From: Phaeosaccion multiseriatum
Lineage: Eukaryota; Protista; Ochrophyta, other classes
DNA length: 64,000 bases
Direction of reading: 5' to 3'
Assembly: GCA_965112735.1 (NCBI GenBank)
Contig: OZ218962.1
Span: forward strand, 2,232,001-2,296,000
Position numbers and translations under genes: made by a program. This document shows, piece after piece, positions 45,301-57,128 of this stretch; position 1 is the stretch's first letter, and every line of letters begins with the position of its first letter. The notes under the pieces were generated by a model that searched no databases, was not told the origin of the DNA, and saw only the letters and a program-made list of their open reading frames with translations.

Positions 45301-48300
45301 AATCCCTCTCATTTCTGCCCCAAAACAGGGAAAACGACCACCTGCACAGCGTTTAAGCCGGCATGACCAACTTGCCCCACTATTTTTGGTCTGAAGCTGC
45401 CCCTACGCATCCTCTACCCCTCTGCAGATTACTAAGCGGTGCCGCAGTCACTGATCCCCTTCCCTCCACCCAAACACTTTCGATTCTGCTCATGTCTGAC
45501 CCTGTCAGGCACCGAATCACGCCCGAGGGGGGTCACACGACAGGCACAAGTGACCAGGACTTTCTCGCAGGCCCAGCTTGACCCCTCCACACTTTTCCGA
45601 CTCTTCTGGAGATGTCAGAAAGGTGTGAAGAGTATACTAGCAGTGCTGCGGAACCGTCCTTACTTGTCCCCGCGGCCTTTGAGGAGTCGAGAGGGAGTAC
45701 AGGGGGCATCGGCAGCATCGCCGGACCCTCAGTACTCCTCACCGAACCCTCTAAAGACCTCGGGACGTCATAAACACTGTACCAGCAGCACTACCAGACT
45801 CTGCACACTCCTCCCCGACCCTCGAGAGGGCCTTCACCGCTTCAAAGGCTCCACACTCATTCCCCACAAACAACCCTCAGACGCGTTAAGCTCACCGTTG
45901 TCGTAGATCCATAGCACTCTCGCGTGCTTGGAACTTGAAGCACTCCAGCGTCGAATCAGCTCAAAAGGGTACGCCACCGACTCTGGCCTCGGCATGAACA
46001 GCTGGGCGAGCGGGAACCGATGAGAACAGAAGCATAAGAACAAGCCCGACGACATGTTGGCACAGCTGCTGCTGTTCTTGCAGCACAAGCCGTCGTCCTT
46101 GTCCACTCCGGTCTTGTTTGAGGAAGGCCCGCGGTTCTCCTCATCCTGTGCGTAGGGTCGCCTCTCCGGTCTCTGCGGTACAAGAGACGAGAAAAAGGCC
46201 CAACAACACACAAAGGCGAGAGGACAAGTAGGCGAGTTCAGGGTTGAGCCAGAAGGGCGGGGGGGAATGGTTCGAAGGCAGGAGTACGGAGCGCATGGTT
46301 TTGGACATGAGAGAAAGGAGGTGGGTGGGTGGGGGGGGGGTAGCGGGGGGTAGCGGGAGGGGAAAGGGGGCGGAAAGCTCAGCAAGGTCACAAAGCGGGG
46401 AAGCCATGATCCCATGCGGTGCTGTCCACTTACACTTTCGAAGGTCTGCGAGCAGCAGAATCCTTGTGCCCAGTCATCGTCCTTCGACACGACCTTCGTC
46501 TCCAAGGGGCGGTGCAGTCCCTTGTCCGCCTCGTCCATCTCCTTACACACGACTATGAAGCGGTTTCGCACCTCATTCCTACGCTGAACATTCCCCAGAA
46601 GGAAAGTGGGTGTCTTGTGCGCAAAACACTCCTCGTGCACGAAGTGGAGCCTTCCCTCTTCAATGGCCTTCTCGTGGCGCTCCCTCAGGAGCCTATACTC
46701 CATCACTGCCATGGCAAAAAGAGGGTAGTGCCTCCAGAGGCGAGTCAAGAGCTCCGGGGGGCACTCCTCCATGTCCTTCTCCAGCCAATCTGCAAGCCAA
46801 AGGTGTGTCCCGAAAATGTACCTGCCGGTGGGTGCACCGAGGCCCAGAGGAGGGACAGTTGCAGCTCAGTACAGACAAAAAAACTGCACAGGCCGGAGCG
46901 ACTTGTCCAGGCCTTCTCTGTCTCAAGGACGCACCTCTCTACCTCCTTCGAGTCCAGCACGTGCACATCGTCCTCGTGCCCCGCGTCTGGTGAGACTCCT
47001 TCGTCCTCGTCAAAAGGCCCCGTCAAAGCTGTTGAAAGTACGTCCTCCTCAACGCCTTCGACTCCTCCACTGAGCCCCGGGAGAACGTCCGACGCTCCAT
47101 CCGCCGCAAAGTTCCTGCACAAGTATCTCCAGAGGGGAGGGAACACTTCCGCAGTCGGGACTCCAACGGCGGGACTTTGAATGGGAAGGGATTGAGGGGG
47201 GCAGGGGGGATATCCAGGGGGGGGGGGGCAGAGCGTTTGGACGATTGGAAGTGTAGGGTGCGGTGCAGAGTGAAAGAAGAGTTCATGATGGTGGCCTTGC
47301 CTCACCTCACGGACTCGGCCTTGTAGCCCGCGAAAGCGTCAAACCACATGAAACAGTCCTTCACCCATTCCGGTACTTCACCGCCATTTTGCAGCTCGGT
47401 AAGCTCCTCTCTTGTCAGCTGGGGACGATGCTTCCCCTCCTTGCCGCCACTCGTTTTCACTCGTGCATACCTCAGCAGGGCACTGCGTGTAGGCTGCTGA
47501 CGAGAACCAAGCTCCGTGATATCCCCGAAGTGTAAGCGCTTCAGCGGGGGGAGGTCCTTTCTGACTGAGTTGGTCGGTTCAGCCAGATTCATCAACTTTC
47601 GTTGAAGGCCTGAATCAGTGAGTGCACATGTCGCAAGCATACAGAGGCATGGGTGTGGGACGAGGGACGACGGACGTGATGCATACACGAAGTGACGTAG
47701 CGAAATCAAGGGGAGAAGGGGAAAGAAAGGGGGGGGGGGAGAAGAGGGCGGGGGGGCATATACGGAGGGAGGATCGGATCGAGGGAGGCAAGGGGTAAGG
47801 CCCCTATGGGGAGGAAGGAATACATAGGAGAGCAGCTGATACCGCGAGAGAGTAGGAGGCAGTAGGAGGGGGCAGAGAAGAAGCAGGGGCGGTGTGTAGG
47901 CAGCGAGGGAGGACGCGAACGAGGTAGGCAGGAGGGTAGGGGGGTAGGGGCGGGGGCGGTGGACAGAGAGTGAAGAGGAGGGGGTACGCAGGGGGGCGGG
48001 TGGGTGGGGGGGGGGGAGCGGTGGGCAGGGAGGGAAGGGGGGGAAGAAGGGAGAACAGAGGCAGGCCAGGCGCGGGTGGGGGGGCGGGGGGAGGGAGGAA
48101 GGGAGAGAGGGATGGGAGGGATGGGAGGGATGGGAGGGATGGGAGGGAGGTAGGGAGGCTGCTCAACACTTACCCTCCATGAGACCGTCGACAACGAATG
48201 CCCACGGGTCCAGACCGCAAATAGGGCAACACGGCCAGGGGTCCAGGACGCCCTCCATATTGAGGAGGAAGGCCATGAGGCCCTGCCTGCCCCGCGCTCT

Positions 48301-49875
48301 CAGAGTCTCCGCAGGGATCGTGAGCACATCTGTCAAGCCAAGTCTAGATGCTCCGTCCACGCAGCATCCTGTCCAGTTGGCTGCTGTAGTACCGTTGCGT
48401 CGGATTTGGTCGAGAAAGTCGAAGCCAGCTTTGTAAGCCAAGACTGTGGTATACGTGCTCCGAAAGAGGGCATGGCTGGAGGTATCCGCCAGGGCGATGT
48501 GGCCGCACCTGGGGCATTGATAGTCCACGAGCACGAGGTAGTGCGGGAAGACCGCTTCCTGTGTCCAAAGACAAGGTTGACTGTGGATGGCAGTCATGCT
48601 CGAGCCACAGCTGGCGCATATCGAAAGTGCTTCAATCCGCTGTGGGTAGGGCTTGCCGTAAAAGTAGGCCTGCATCAGCTCCACTATCTCCGAGTTGCCC
48701 CCCTGTCGCCCTAACCATGCCACTTGACGTTGGTGCAGCGATATTGCGTCCCCATTTGTTATAGTCTCCACCATCTCTTGAATATTGCGCGTCGGCCTGT
48801 GGTGCGGCGTGTCCGAGTACTCGGGCGCCGCCGCTCTGGGTTCGTCCGAGTGTAACTCCTCCCAAGCGATGCCATACATGTCGTCGCCCCCCCCCCCCCC
48901 AAAGTCTCCTGCCCCATCGTACACGTCTTCACTCCCTACGTCTTGAAAGAAGCCGTCCTCCCCTTCCCCCCTGTCCCCACAGCCCCCGCCCCCTCCGGAG
49001 GTGGGAAGAAGGGCGTCCCGTGACACGAGATGCGCAGCAATCTCGCACTCCCCTTGCTGGCACTCCATGCCCAGCAGACTCAGACAAGTGCCACAGGCGG
49101 GACACAAATTGCGACTGCAGAGCTCGCCACAAAGTGACTGGAAAAGTAAACGACAGCGAGCGACAGGGGATTCAGGGGGGGGGGGGTGGAGGTCAAGTGA
49201 GACCAAATCGAAGCGAAAGCGAGCTGTGTCAGACTTTTCGTCAATAGCTCCACTCCCTACCCATCGTACCTTATGACCCACGCACTCCAAGCCTTCACGC
49301 ACTGGTTCAGGAAGCTGTGCGCATCGCTCACTCCAGGAGGAAGATACGTCCCACAAGAGGGTGCTCTCGGGGAGGGGTGAAGAGAGCAGTGAGGAGGCGA
49401 GGAACTTGGCGCAACAACTCTCGGCACTGTCGATTCTTACAGCAGGGGCGGTCTCCTGGATGGACAATGAGTGCCGGCGACGGAAGGCAGTCTTGTGTGC
49501 ACCGAGTCCGTGCAGCTCTCCACAGTGCAGATGCCATAACCGGTGCAAACATTCAGAGCTGCTTGGCAGCACGGAACCATTCCACCCCTCAATGCAGTTA
49601 CCAGGATGAGGACACATACTGTTGAAGACCTTGCGTTGGCCCTCAAGTGTGATACCAGACAGGGACAGCTTCGCTTTCCGCAATGTTTCTAACAATGCCT
49701 GAAAGATCAGCCATTCCTCATCAATCGCTCGTTCGGCAAACGTGTACTCGAGGCCTACGGTACTCTCAACTGCAGCACACTCATCGTACCGTCGCTGGAG
49801 TCTATCGCCCGAAGCGCTGAGGTCGTCGAAGAGCCCGAGCATATCTCCAGTACTCTCTGCACTCGCAACAGGCAT
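42397..49875 (-). CDS. KDZ-type transposase with Cys-cluster Zn-binding regions, predicted to be fused by splicing to a C-terminal Ulp1/SENP (peptidase C48) domain
   Basis: Exons give CASCG..CPRCG, CPICGLDPWAFVVDG, GLFLCFCSH..PES, IYDN|VCKLHKY..CLDRFHLPNHVAC and LDTQAAEQNN, then WLNDEVIN, HFFNSHF, VPVNIHMHHWYLVVID, YDS and QKNGYDCGVF (complete His-Asp-Cys triad). Confidence 0.8.
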
Positions 49876-50058
49876 GGTGACGTGTGTAACTGTCTCTCAC
49901 CTTGTTTCCCACCCTGAAAGGGCGCTGAAGTCTTAACGTTTGAGGACGTAAGAGCAGCCCAGTAGAGAGTGGGAAAGACAAGCAGAGGAGGGAAAAGGTC
50001 GTGTCATTACCACGCAGTGCGAAGAGGAGATCCCGAGAAGATCCAGTGTGCCCGTGCG

Positions 50059-50210
50059 GCTCGAATCCGCGTGTACGCCAGCCTGTCCCCTGCGCTCAGT
50101 CGTGGCTCCGACTCGAGACCATCCCTCGTGCTCTCGACACGAATAAGCCTTAGGTCATGTCGCGACCACATGCTGCTCTCGACACGAAACCACACTCAAA
50201 ACACCCTACC
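50059..50210 (-). repeat. Right terminal inverted repeat
   Basis: Reverse complement of 40405-40555. Confidence 0.92.
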
Positions 50211-50246
50211 TAAATCGTACGAGGATAGGCAGAGAAAAGAAATATC

Positions 50247-51887
50247 ATGAGTCTGCGGGCTGCGACCGCCTTGGGGCTGCTATTCCTGGCAGGATATGCT
50301 CCCGCAACGCAAGTGACTGCATTCACTGTCTCTCTCTCTCGAAGCGGAGGGAGGACAGGTTGCAGAAGAAGTCGCAGCATTGGTAGCAGCCGCAGTAGCA
50401 GCCAGAGTAGAGTTGCCAAAGCCAGTGAGGAATGCCGGGCGTGTGCCATCAATGGTAGGTCATCATGGCTGGCGATGAGTACCGAGGGCGCGGCTTCATC
50501 AAAGCCGCTCTCCGTTCCATCGACTCTGAACGACAAGTTTCCACTGAAGAACGACCTCATCCTGCGCGTGGCGAGAGGGGAGAAGGTGGAGAGGACGCCG
50601 GTGTGGCTCTTCCGGCAAGCAGGAAGGCATCTGCCTGAGTACACGGCCTATAAGGAGCAGACGAGCAAGAACTTCCTCGAACTCCTGCAGGACCCCAAGG
50701 ATGTGACGGAGGTGAGGAGAAGGAGCGAGAGAGGAGGAAGGGGCACAGTAGAAAGCACAAGCTGCAGCAGCAGTTGCACCTTGCAACCCTCGGAGCAGAA
50801 GAATTTACTTTTGGGTCGCTGTGCAGGTGGAAGAAGTCAGCCGTGAAGAGAATAATGGGGAAAGCCAAAGCCAAAGCCAAGCCCTTCCCCCCTCCCTTCC
50901 CGTCGACCATTGTCTCCATGCCTTGTCTGAATCTAAGCCCCCAACCACCATCACCGCCCATCCCCACGTCCACCTCTCCCTTCTCTCTCCCGCCCCTCCC
51001 CGCAAACCAACGCAACCAGGTGACGATGCAGCCCCTGCGCCGCTACGACCTCGACGCCGCCATCCTCTTCAGCGATATCCTCGTGGTAGCAGAGGCAATG
51101 GGCATTGAGGTTTCCATGCCGGGAGGAAAGGGCATTCTCGTCCCGAGGTGGGTGGGTGGGTGGGTGTGGTGGGGAGGAAGGGAACGCCGGGGGAGAGGGG
51201 AGGGGTCTCGTGGCTCTTCTTTCCATCATGAGGGTGCCTCCGACTAGATGCATCTATCCTATCCCACGCTCAATGTTTGGCCACACTCCTTCAAGCCTCA
51301 CACTTTATGCTGTTCTTCTCTGAGCGGATCAGCAGTTGTAGTAGTAGTAGCCGCAGCAGCAGCAGCACGCACGCACGCACGCACGCACGAACGCTCGCAC
51401 CGACGTGGAACACAGTGTGCTTTGTTTCTTCTTTCTCGCCATCCTCTCTATCTATCGTGGCTGCTGCTAGTCAGTCCAGTACCTTACTACTTACTGACTG
51501 CAGAACTCTGTCCTCCTCCTTCCCTCTGCCTCACTGCCTTATTGGCTTCACCGCCTTGCTGCCTTCCCTGCCTTACTGCTGCAGACCCCTGTCTGATCCC
51601 GACGACATGGAGCTTCGCCTGCCCGCGAAAGTGGATGTGCAGGACAAGCTCAGCCATGTACTAGAGGCGGTCACCTCCATTAAGGAGGAGCTCAAGGGGA
51701 AGGCGAGTAGGGGGACGGGGGAGGAGGAGGGGAGGGAGGGAGGGAGGAAGGGAAGGGACGGAGAGAGGGGGGGGGGGGGAGGAGGGGAGAGAGTGGCGAG
51801 AGACAGGAGCTCACGTTCTCTTGTTTACTTCGCCATCTTACACACACGTATCCACACATGCACACACGCACGCACACACACATCCAC

Positions 51888-51936
<49 letters not shown>

Positions 51937-54688
51937 TACGTTCAGGTGCCTCTGATCGGCTTTAGTGCCGCCCCTTGGACGCTGATGTTCTACATGGTGG
52001 GGGGCAGCAGCCGCAAGAACACGCACAAGGGCGAGAAGTGGCTCACCAGATACCCCAAGGCCTCTACCAAGCTGCTGGGCCTGCTCACAGAGGTACGGTG
52101 TGGTGGGCGGGTGGGGACGGAGGGACGGAGGGACATACTGAGAAGAATCGACTTGGTCTCTGAAGGGCCGACTGCTCTTGCTTTTGTTTTGTGTTTATGC
52201 TTTGAAATGCCCTTGTTGGGCAGGATCCGGGGGCGGGGGGGGGGGGGGCGGGTGCTTTGGTTTCTTGATTTCTTGAAAATCATCCCTATCCCTCGCTCTA
52301 CCCTCATTCATAATATATATATATATATATATATATTTGAAAGGACTCTTACCCCCCTTTCGTGGTTCAGTCCTGTGTGCCTCCCTGTCTTGTGTGTTCC
52401 TGCTGGCCCACCCACCCACCTACCAGCCCCCACCCAACCTGTCCAATGCATCATTCTTCAAGCCTGAAGAATCGAGTTGGAAGCGTGAATCTGAAACTAA
52501 AACGAAACGTCGCATCCCTCTTTGGAACGAAGAATAGATGGAGGAATGGCAAAGCCTCATCGATATTCATTTGTCTGTTTGTGTTGTTTCGTCCCTCTTT
52601 AGGTGGTTGTGGACTACATGGTGGCTCAAGTGGAAGCGGGCGCCGATCTCATACAGGTATGTCAATGAACATGAGCATGTGTGGAGTTACACTCCTAAGA
52701 GGATTTTCGATACATGTATAGCATCGATGTCTGTTGATGTAGATAGGTCGGCGGAACACCTACATACTGTATGTGTGTGTGGGTGTGGGTGCGTGCGTAC
52801 CTGATCATAGATAGGTATGGAGTCGGCCAATCGGTCTAAATGTTGCTTACCCTCCCCCCTCCCTCACTCGTCTCTCCCCTCCCTCCCCGTCTACTCTCTC
52901 TCTTCCCTTCCTCTCTACTCTCCCCTCCCTCCCTCCTCATCTGCGTCCTCTCCTCTCTCCCCTCCCCTCCTCCCGTCTCCCATCCCTCCTTCTTCCCTCT
53001 CTTCTCTCTACCCTCCCCTCGGGAAGGTGTTTGAGGCAATGGGAGCGTTCATTACCGAGGAAGACTTTTACACTTTCGCCTTTCCCTGTATGGCACGTAT
53101 TGCCAAGGAGTTCAAGCAGAGGTGTCCAGGTGAGTGTGGGATGGAGGTAGAGCGTGGACAGGGGAGGGAAGAGAGGGAGAGGGAGATGGAGAGGGAGGGA
53201 GGGAGGGAGAGAAAGGGAGGCGGGGGAGAGGGAGGGAGAGGGCGCAGGCGCTGAGGACGTGAGCTGACGCCTTCTTTTCAGACCCCTTGAGGCCCTTAGC
53301 TTGCCCACACCAGCACACACACACATACACACACCCTCTTTAGTTGTCCTTCCTCACCCTCTCCCTCCCCCTCCCCTCCCCTCTCCTCAGAGGGAGGCGG
53401 GGGAGAGGGAGGGAGAGGGCGCAGGCGCTGAGGACGTGAGCTGACGCCTTCTTTTCAGACCCCTTGAGGCCCTTAGCTTGCCCACACCAGCACACACACA
53501 CACACACACACCCTCTTTAGTTGTCCTTCCTCACCCTCTCCCTCCCCCTCCCCTCCCCTCTCCTCAGGCGTGCCCTTGATGGTGTTCCCCCGAGGGGCCA
53601 CTTACTCCAACGTGTCCCTGCAGGAGGCAGGCTACGATGTTGTAACGCTCGACACTGAGAGCGACAGAAAGGGCACAAGGAAGGCTCTCAAGGACGGAGC
53701 CGCACAGTCAGGTAAGAGGATGGAGGGAGGGGGAGGGGGAGGGGGGGTCGGGGGTGGGGTTTTCGTTTGGCATGGGGGTAGAGGTGGGGGTGTTGTCCTC
53801 TCTCTTCTCGTTCTCTCTGTGTGTGCATGTTGTCCTGTTGCTATTGTTGTCGCGTTGCTGCTGTTGTTCATCTCGCGGGGCGCTCTCCCCCTCCCGTCCA
53901 CACACCTTCTCGTCTCCTCTCCTCCTCTCTTCTCCCTTGTCTCTCGTATATCACCTTCTCCTCTCTCTCGCCCCTCTCAGTCTCTCCTCTCTCTTCGTGT
54001 ACCTCCTCTCTCACCTCTCACTATCCCCTCTTCTCTCCCCACCCACTGACTCACACACACACACAACACACACACAATTACGTAATGTTTAGGTTGATTC
54101 CCGTAAGTCAATGTATCCTCCCCACCCACTAACCCCCCACCCACCCGACCCACCCACCCCAGGCTGCAAGGAGTCCGCTGTGCAGGGCAACTACAGCCCG
54201 AAGGTGTTTGTGGACGGCAGCGAGGAGGAAGTGCAGAGGACCGCGGAGGAGATGCTCAGCGACTTTGGCCCACAGGGACTCATCGCCAACCTGGGGTACG
54301 TACGTGCGTGTGTAACTGTTTTTTATGTACGCTGCTTACAGTCCATGCTACGTAATGCACCGAACTAAAGGGGGGGGGGAGGGGATTTGACTTTCAGTAG
54401 TGTGAGTCCTCTTCTTTGTAACTAAACTATCAGTCCAGTCCTCCTCTTCCTTCTTCGCCCAAAACTGCCCCTAGGGGTGTGAGGGTGGTACGTGTTACCG
54501 CCACTTTTACTGGCTAACTCACTTACTTACTGCCTTACTGACTTACTGACTTGTTTCCCTCCGGGTTGCTTGCGTTGTCCCGCAGTGAGGGTTTGATGGG
54601 CAAGGAGAAGCCCGAGCTGGTCAAGGCCTTCGTTGACGCCATCCACAGCGTCAGCGAGACCATGATCAACGAGGAGAAGGAGGCCTGA
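50247..54688 (+). CDS. hemE: Uroporphyrinogen decarboxylase, probably plastid-targeted, multi-exon
   Basis: [108 protein letters not shown]-terminal signal peptide ending ..VTAF, then a Ser/Arg-rich transit peptide. Stop TGA at 54686-54688. Confidence 0.95.
53214..53567 (+). repeat. Tandem 177-bp duplication of the 3' end of a UROD intron
   Basis: 53214-53390 and 53391-53567 are near-identical; each ends in a polypyrimidine tract plus CAG. Confidence 0.9.
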
Positions 54689-55459
54689 CTATTGACCGAG
54701 GGGATGGTGCGGAGTCACATGGGCTGGCTTGGTTGATTGCATGTGCTTGGGCCTGGGGGTGTGGGCACCACCACCCATGTGCTTGTGGAGGATGGAATGG
54801 GATGTGGAGAGGGTGGAGGGGGGGGGGAGGAGGAGGAGGAGGAGGAGCGGGTCTTTTTACACGAAGGGAAAGAATAGAGAAATATAACTCACATTTCAAT
54901 ATAGTAGAGTTGTTTGCAGAGGCACAAATAAGAAGAACAATCCGGGACGAATGAGCTGAAATGGGACACACGCTCCGAAATGACCTCGTAAGCTCCTCCG
55001 CGCTTCATCACCGCAGCAGGGAACGGGTGGGCGACTTTGGCTGGAGCTTGTATTTGTAGGGGAGTAGCAGCAGAAGGCAGCAAGCGGCTGCAGCGGCGCG
55101 GAAGGCAACGATCAACGACCAGAGGGAAAAGGGAGAAACTTAAATTTCGTCAGCGGGGGGGGGAGACGGGGAGGGGAGGAGATATAAGGACACCGAAGAG
55201 GGCCTCAACGTCGACAGGGGCTTCCCTCTCTTAGGGAGGTGGAGTGCCCTTCGAGGCAAGCAATTCTTTATACTCCAAATTCATAGATTTTTGGCTCTTG
55301 TCTCCCGTTCCGTGCCGGAGGCAGGGAGAAGGAGAAGGGCGGAGGCGGAGGGGAGAAGGAGGGGGTGAACTCCTCAGGAAGCCCACGCGAACGCTCGCCG
55401 CTCGAGCCTCTGGAGAGGAGGGCGTGGTGAAGGGCTCGTAGACGGGAAAGAGGGGCAGG

Positions 55460-56217
55460 ATGGGGACAGCCCCCAGCAGCAGCGGCGGCTACCCAGGAGG
55501 TGAGGGAAGCAATCTATGCTGTGGCTCTATGCTGTATGTGTACGATGTGACGAGGCGCTGTCTGTAGTTGTATGGTGTGTCGTGCCTGTGCTGGCGGAGG
55601 GGGGGCAGCAAGGGATGAATGGAGTGAATCCGAATGCATCCCTTAGTTTTGTGGAGTGAGCGGGGGTCAAGGAATGAACTGCACGGAGAGAAGCAGCTGA
55701 GCATTGCCTGTACAAACAGGCACGCTTTTCGCCCGCCAATCCCCACCCACCCACCAATCCCGCCATTCCCACCCCACTATACGCTGCCAACACAACCTCA
55801 GGTACTTCCAGCAGCAGCAGGCGGCGCCCAGTGGTCGAGGCGAATAGCGACACAGCAGGAGCAGCAGCAGGAGGAGGAGGCAGTAGTAGTAGGAGGACGA
55901 GGGGGCAGTCGGGCTCCACCGGGAGAGGGCAGGCGGCGTCAACAGCATCATCATCAGCAGCAGGAGGAGGAGGGGGAGCAGGGGCGGGTGGAGGTTTGTC
56001 CACGGCCTCCTCCTCCTTCCAATCGCAACCCCAACATCGTATCGGAGCAGGACGACAGCAGCTCTCAGATCACCCCGGGGCCTACTCGGTGCCCGGACCG
56101 GGCCGAGTGGGAGGCAACCCGGTCCACTACACTGTGGTGGTGCCCCCTTCGATTAGACCAGGACAGGACTTTCAGGTGTGTGAGTGAGTGAGTGATTGTG
56201 TGTCTTTGTGTGTGTGT

Positions 56218-56266
<49 letters not shown>

Positions 56267-57086
56267 GGTGGGTGGGTGGGTGGGTGGGTGGGTGTGGATA
56301 TGTTCGCGTGTGTGTGTGCGCTGCGGTGTGTGAGCGTGTCCGTGCTTGTGTGAGTGACAAATATCGTGAAACAAAAGAGACGAGAGCAACAAGGGGGAGG
56401 CGGTGTGCTTTACAACATCCTCAAAACCACCACCACCTTAGCACTACGTGCACTTACGCAAGGCTTTGTCCCAACTCCTTCTACTGCTGCTGCCTTCTGC
56501 TGCCTTCTGCTGCCTTCCACTGCCGGGCTTGTATTGCCATCTGCTGCCATCTGCTGCCTTGTCTGCGCAGGTGATGGCTGGAGGAGTGCCGATGATGGTG
56601 CGGTGTCCGGAGAACGTCCGCCCCGGGGAGCGAATAATGGTTCTCGTGCCCAGGGACCCACCGCAAGAGCAGGTGGGTTGGTCGGTTGGCAGTGAGTGTG
56701 GGTAACGAGTAAGAGAGACGAGCAGGGCAAGGGGAAGTAGGGGAAAGGGGGGAGAGAGAGACGGGACTGAGGGGTTGAGGAGGGGGGGAGGGCAAGAGCA
56801 TGGTGGTGGGGCAGTGGTGGACCACGAACAAGAGAGATAAGGAAGGCAATTGGGGCGGGGAGAGAGAGAGAGGGAGTGGAGAAAGAGGGGGAGGGGGAGG
56901 CGGTGACGGAGAAAGGGGAGGAGGAGCGAGGAAGGAGGGAGGGGGGCCAAGAGATAGGCGAGGGAAAGGAGGGAGACAGGACGATCTAGGGAGGGCGAGA
57001 CAGTGGCTCACTCAGTCACTCACCCACCCACCCACCCACTTGGCTCTGTCTATGGAGTTTGTGTGGTCTTGTTGCCAGTGCAGCCT

Positions 57087-57128
<42 letters not shown>

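Larger units (their letters stand above)
40405..50210. mobile_element. ~9.8 kb TIR DNA transposon, KDZ (Kyakuja-Dileera-Zisupton)-like, carrying a Ulp1 protease
   Basis: ~151 bp TIRs at both ends; internal spliced transposase with KDZ-type catalytic motifs and a C48 peptidase; convergent second gene. Confidence 0.85.

Noticed and set aside
40405-50210. Classification of the element as Mutator/MULE or as a viral insertion
   Set aside because: Long TIRs and Ulp1 fit MULEs, but the catalytic motifs read as KDZ-type and no 9-11 bp TSD is visible; no capsid, polymerase or packaging ATPase motifs were seen.
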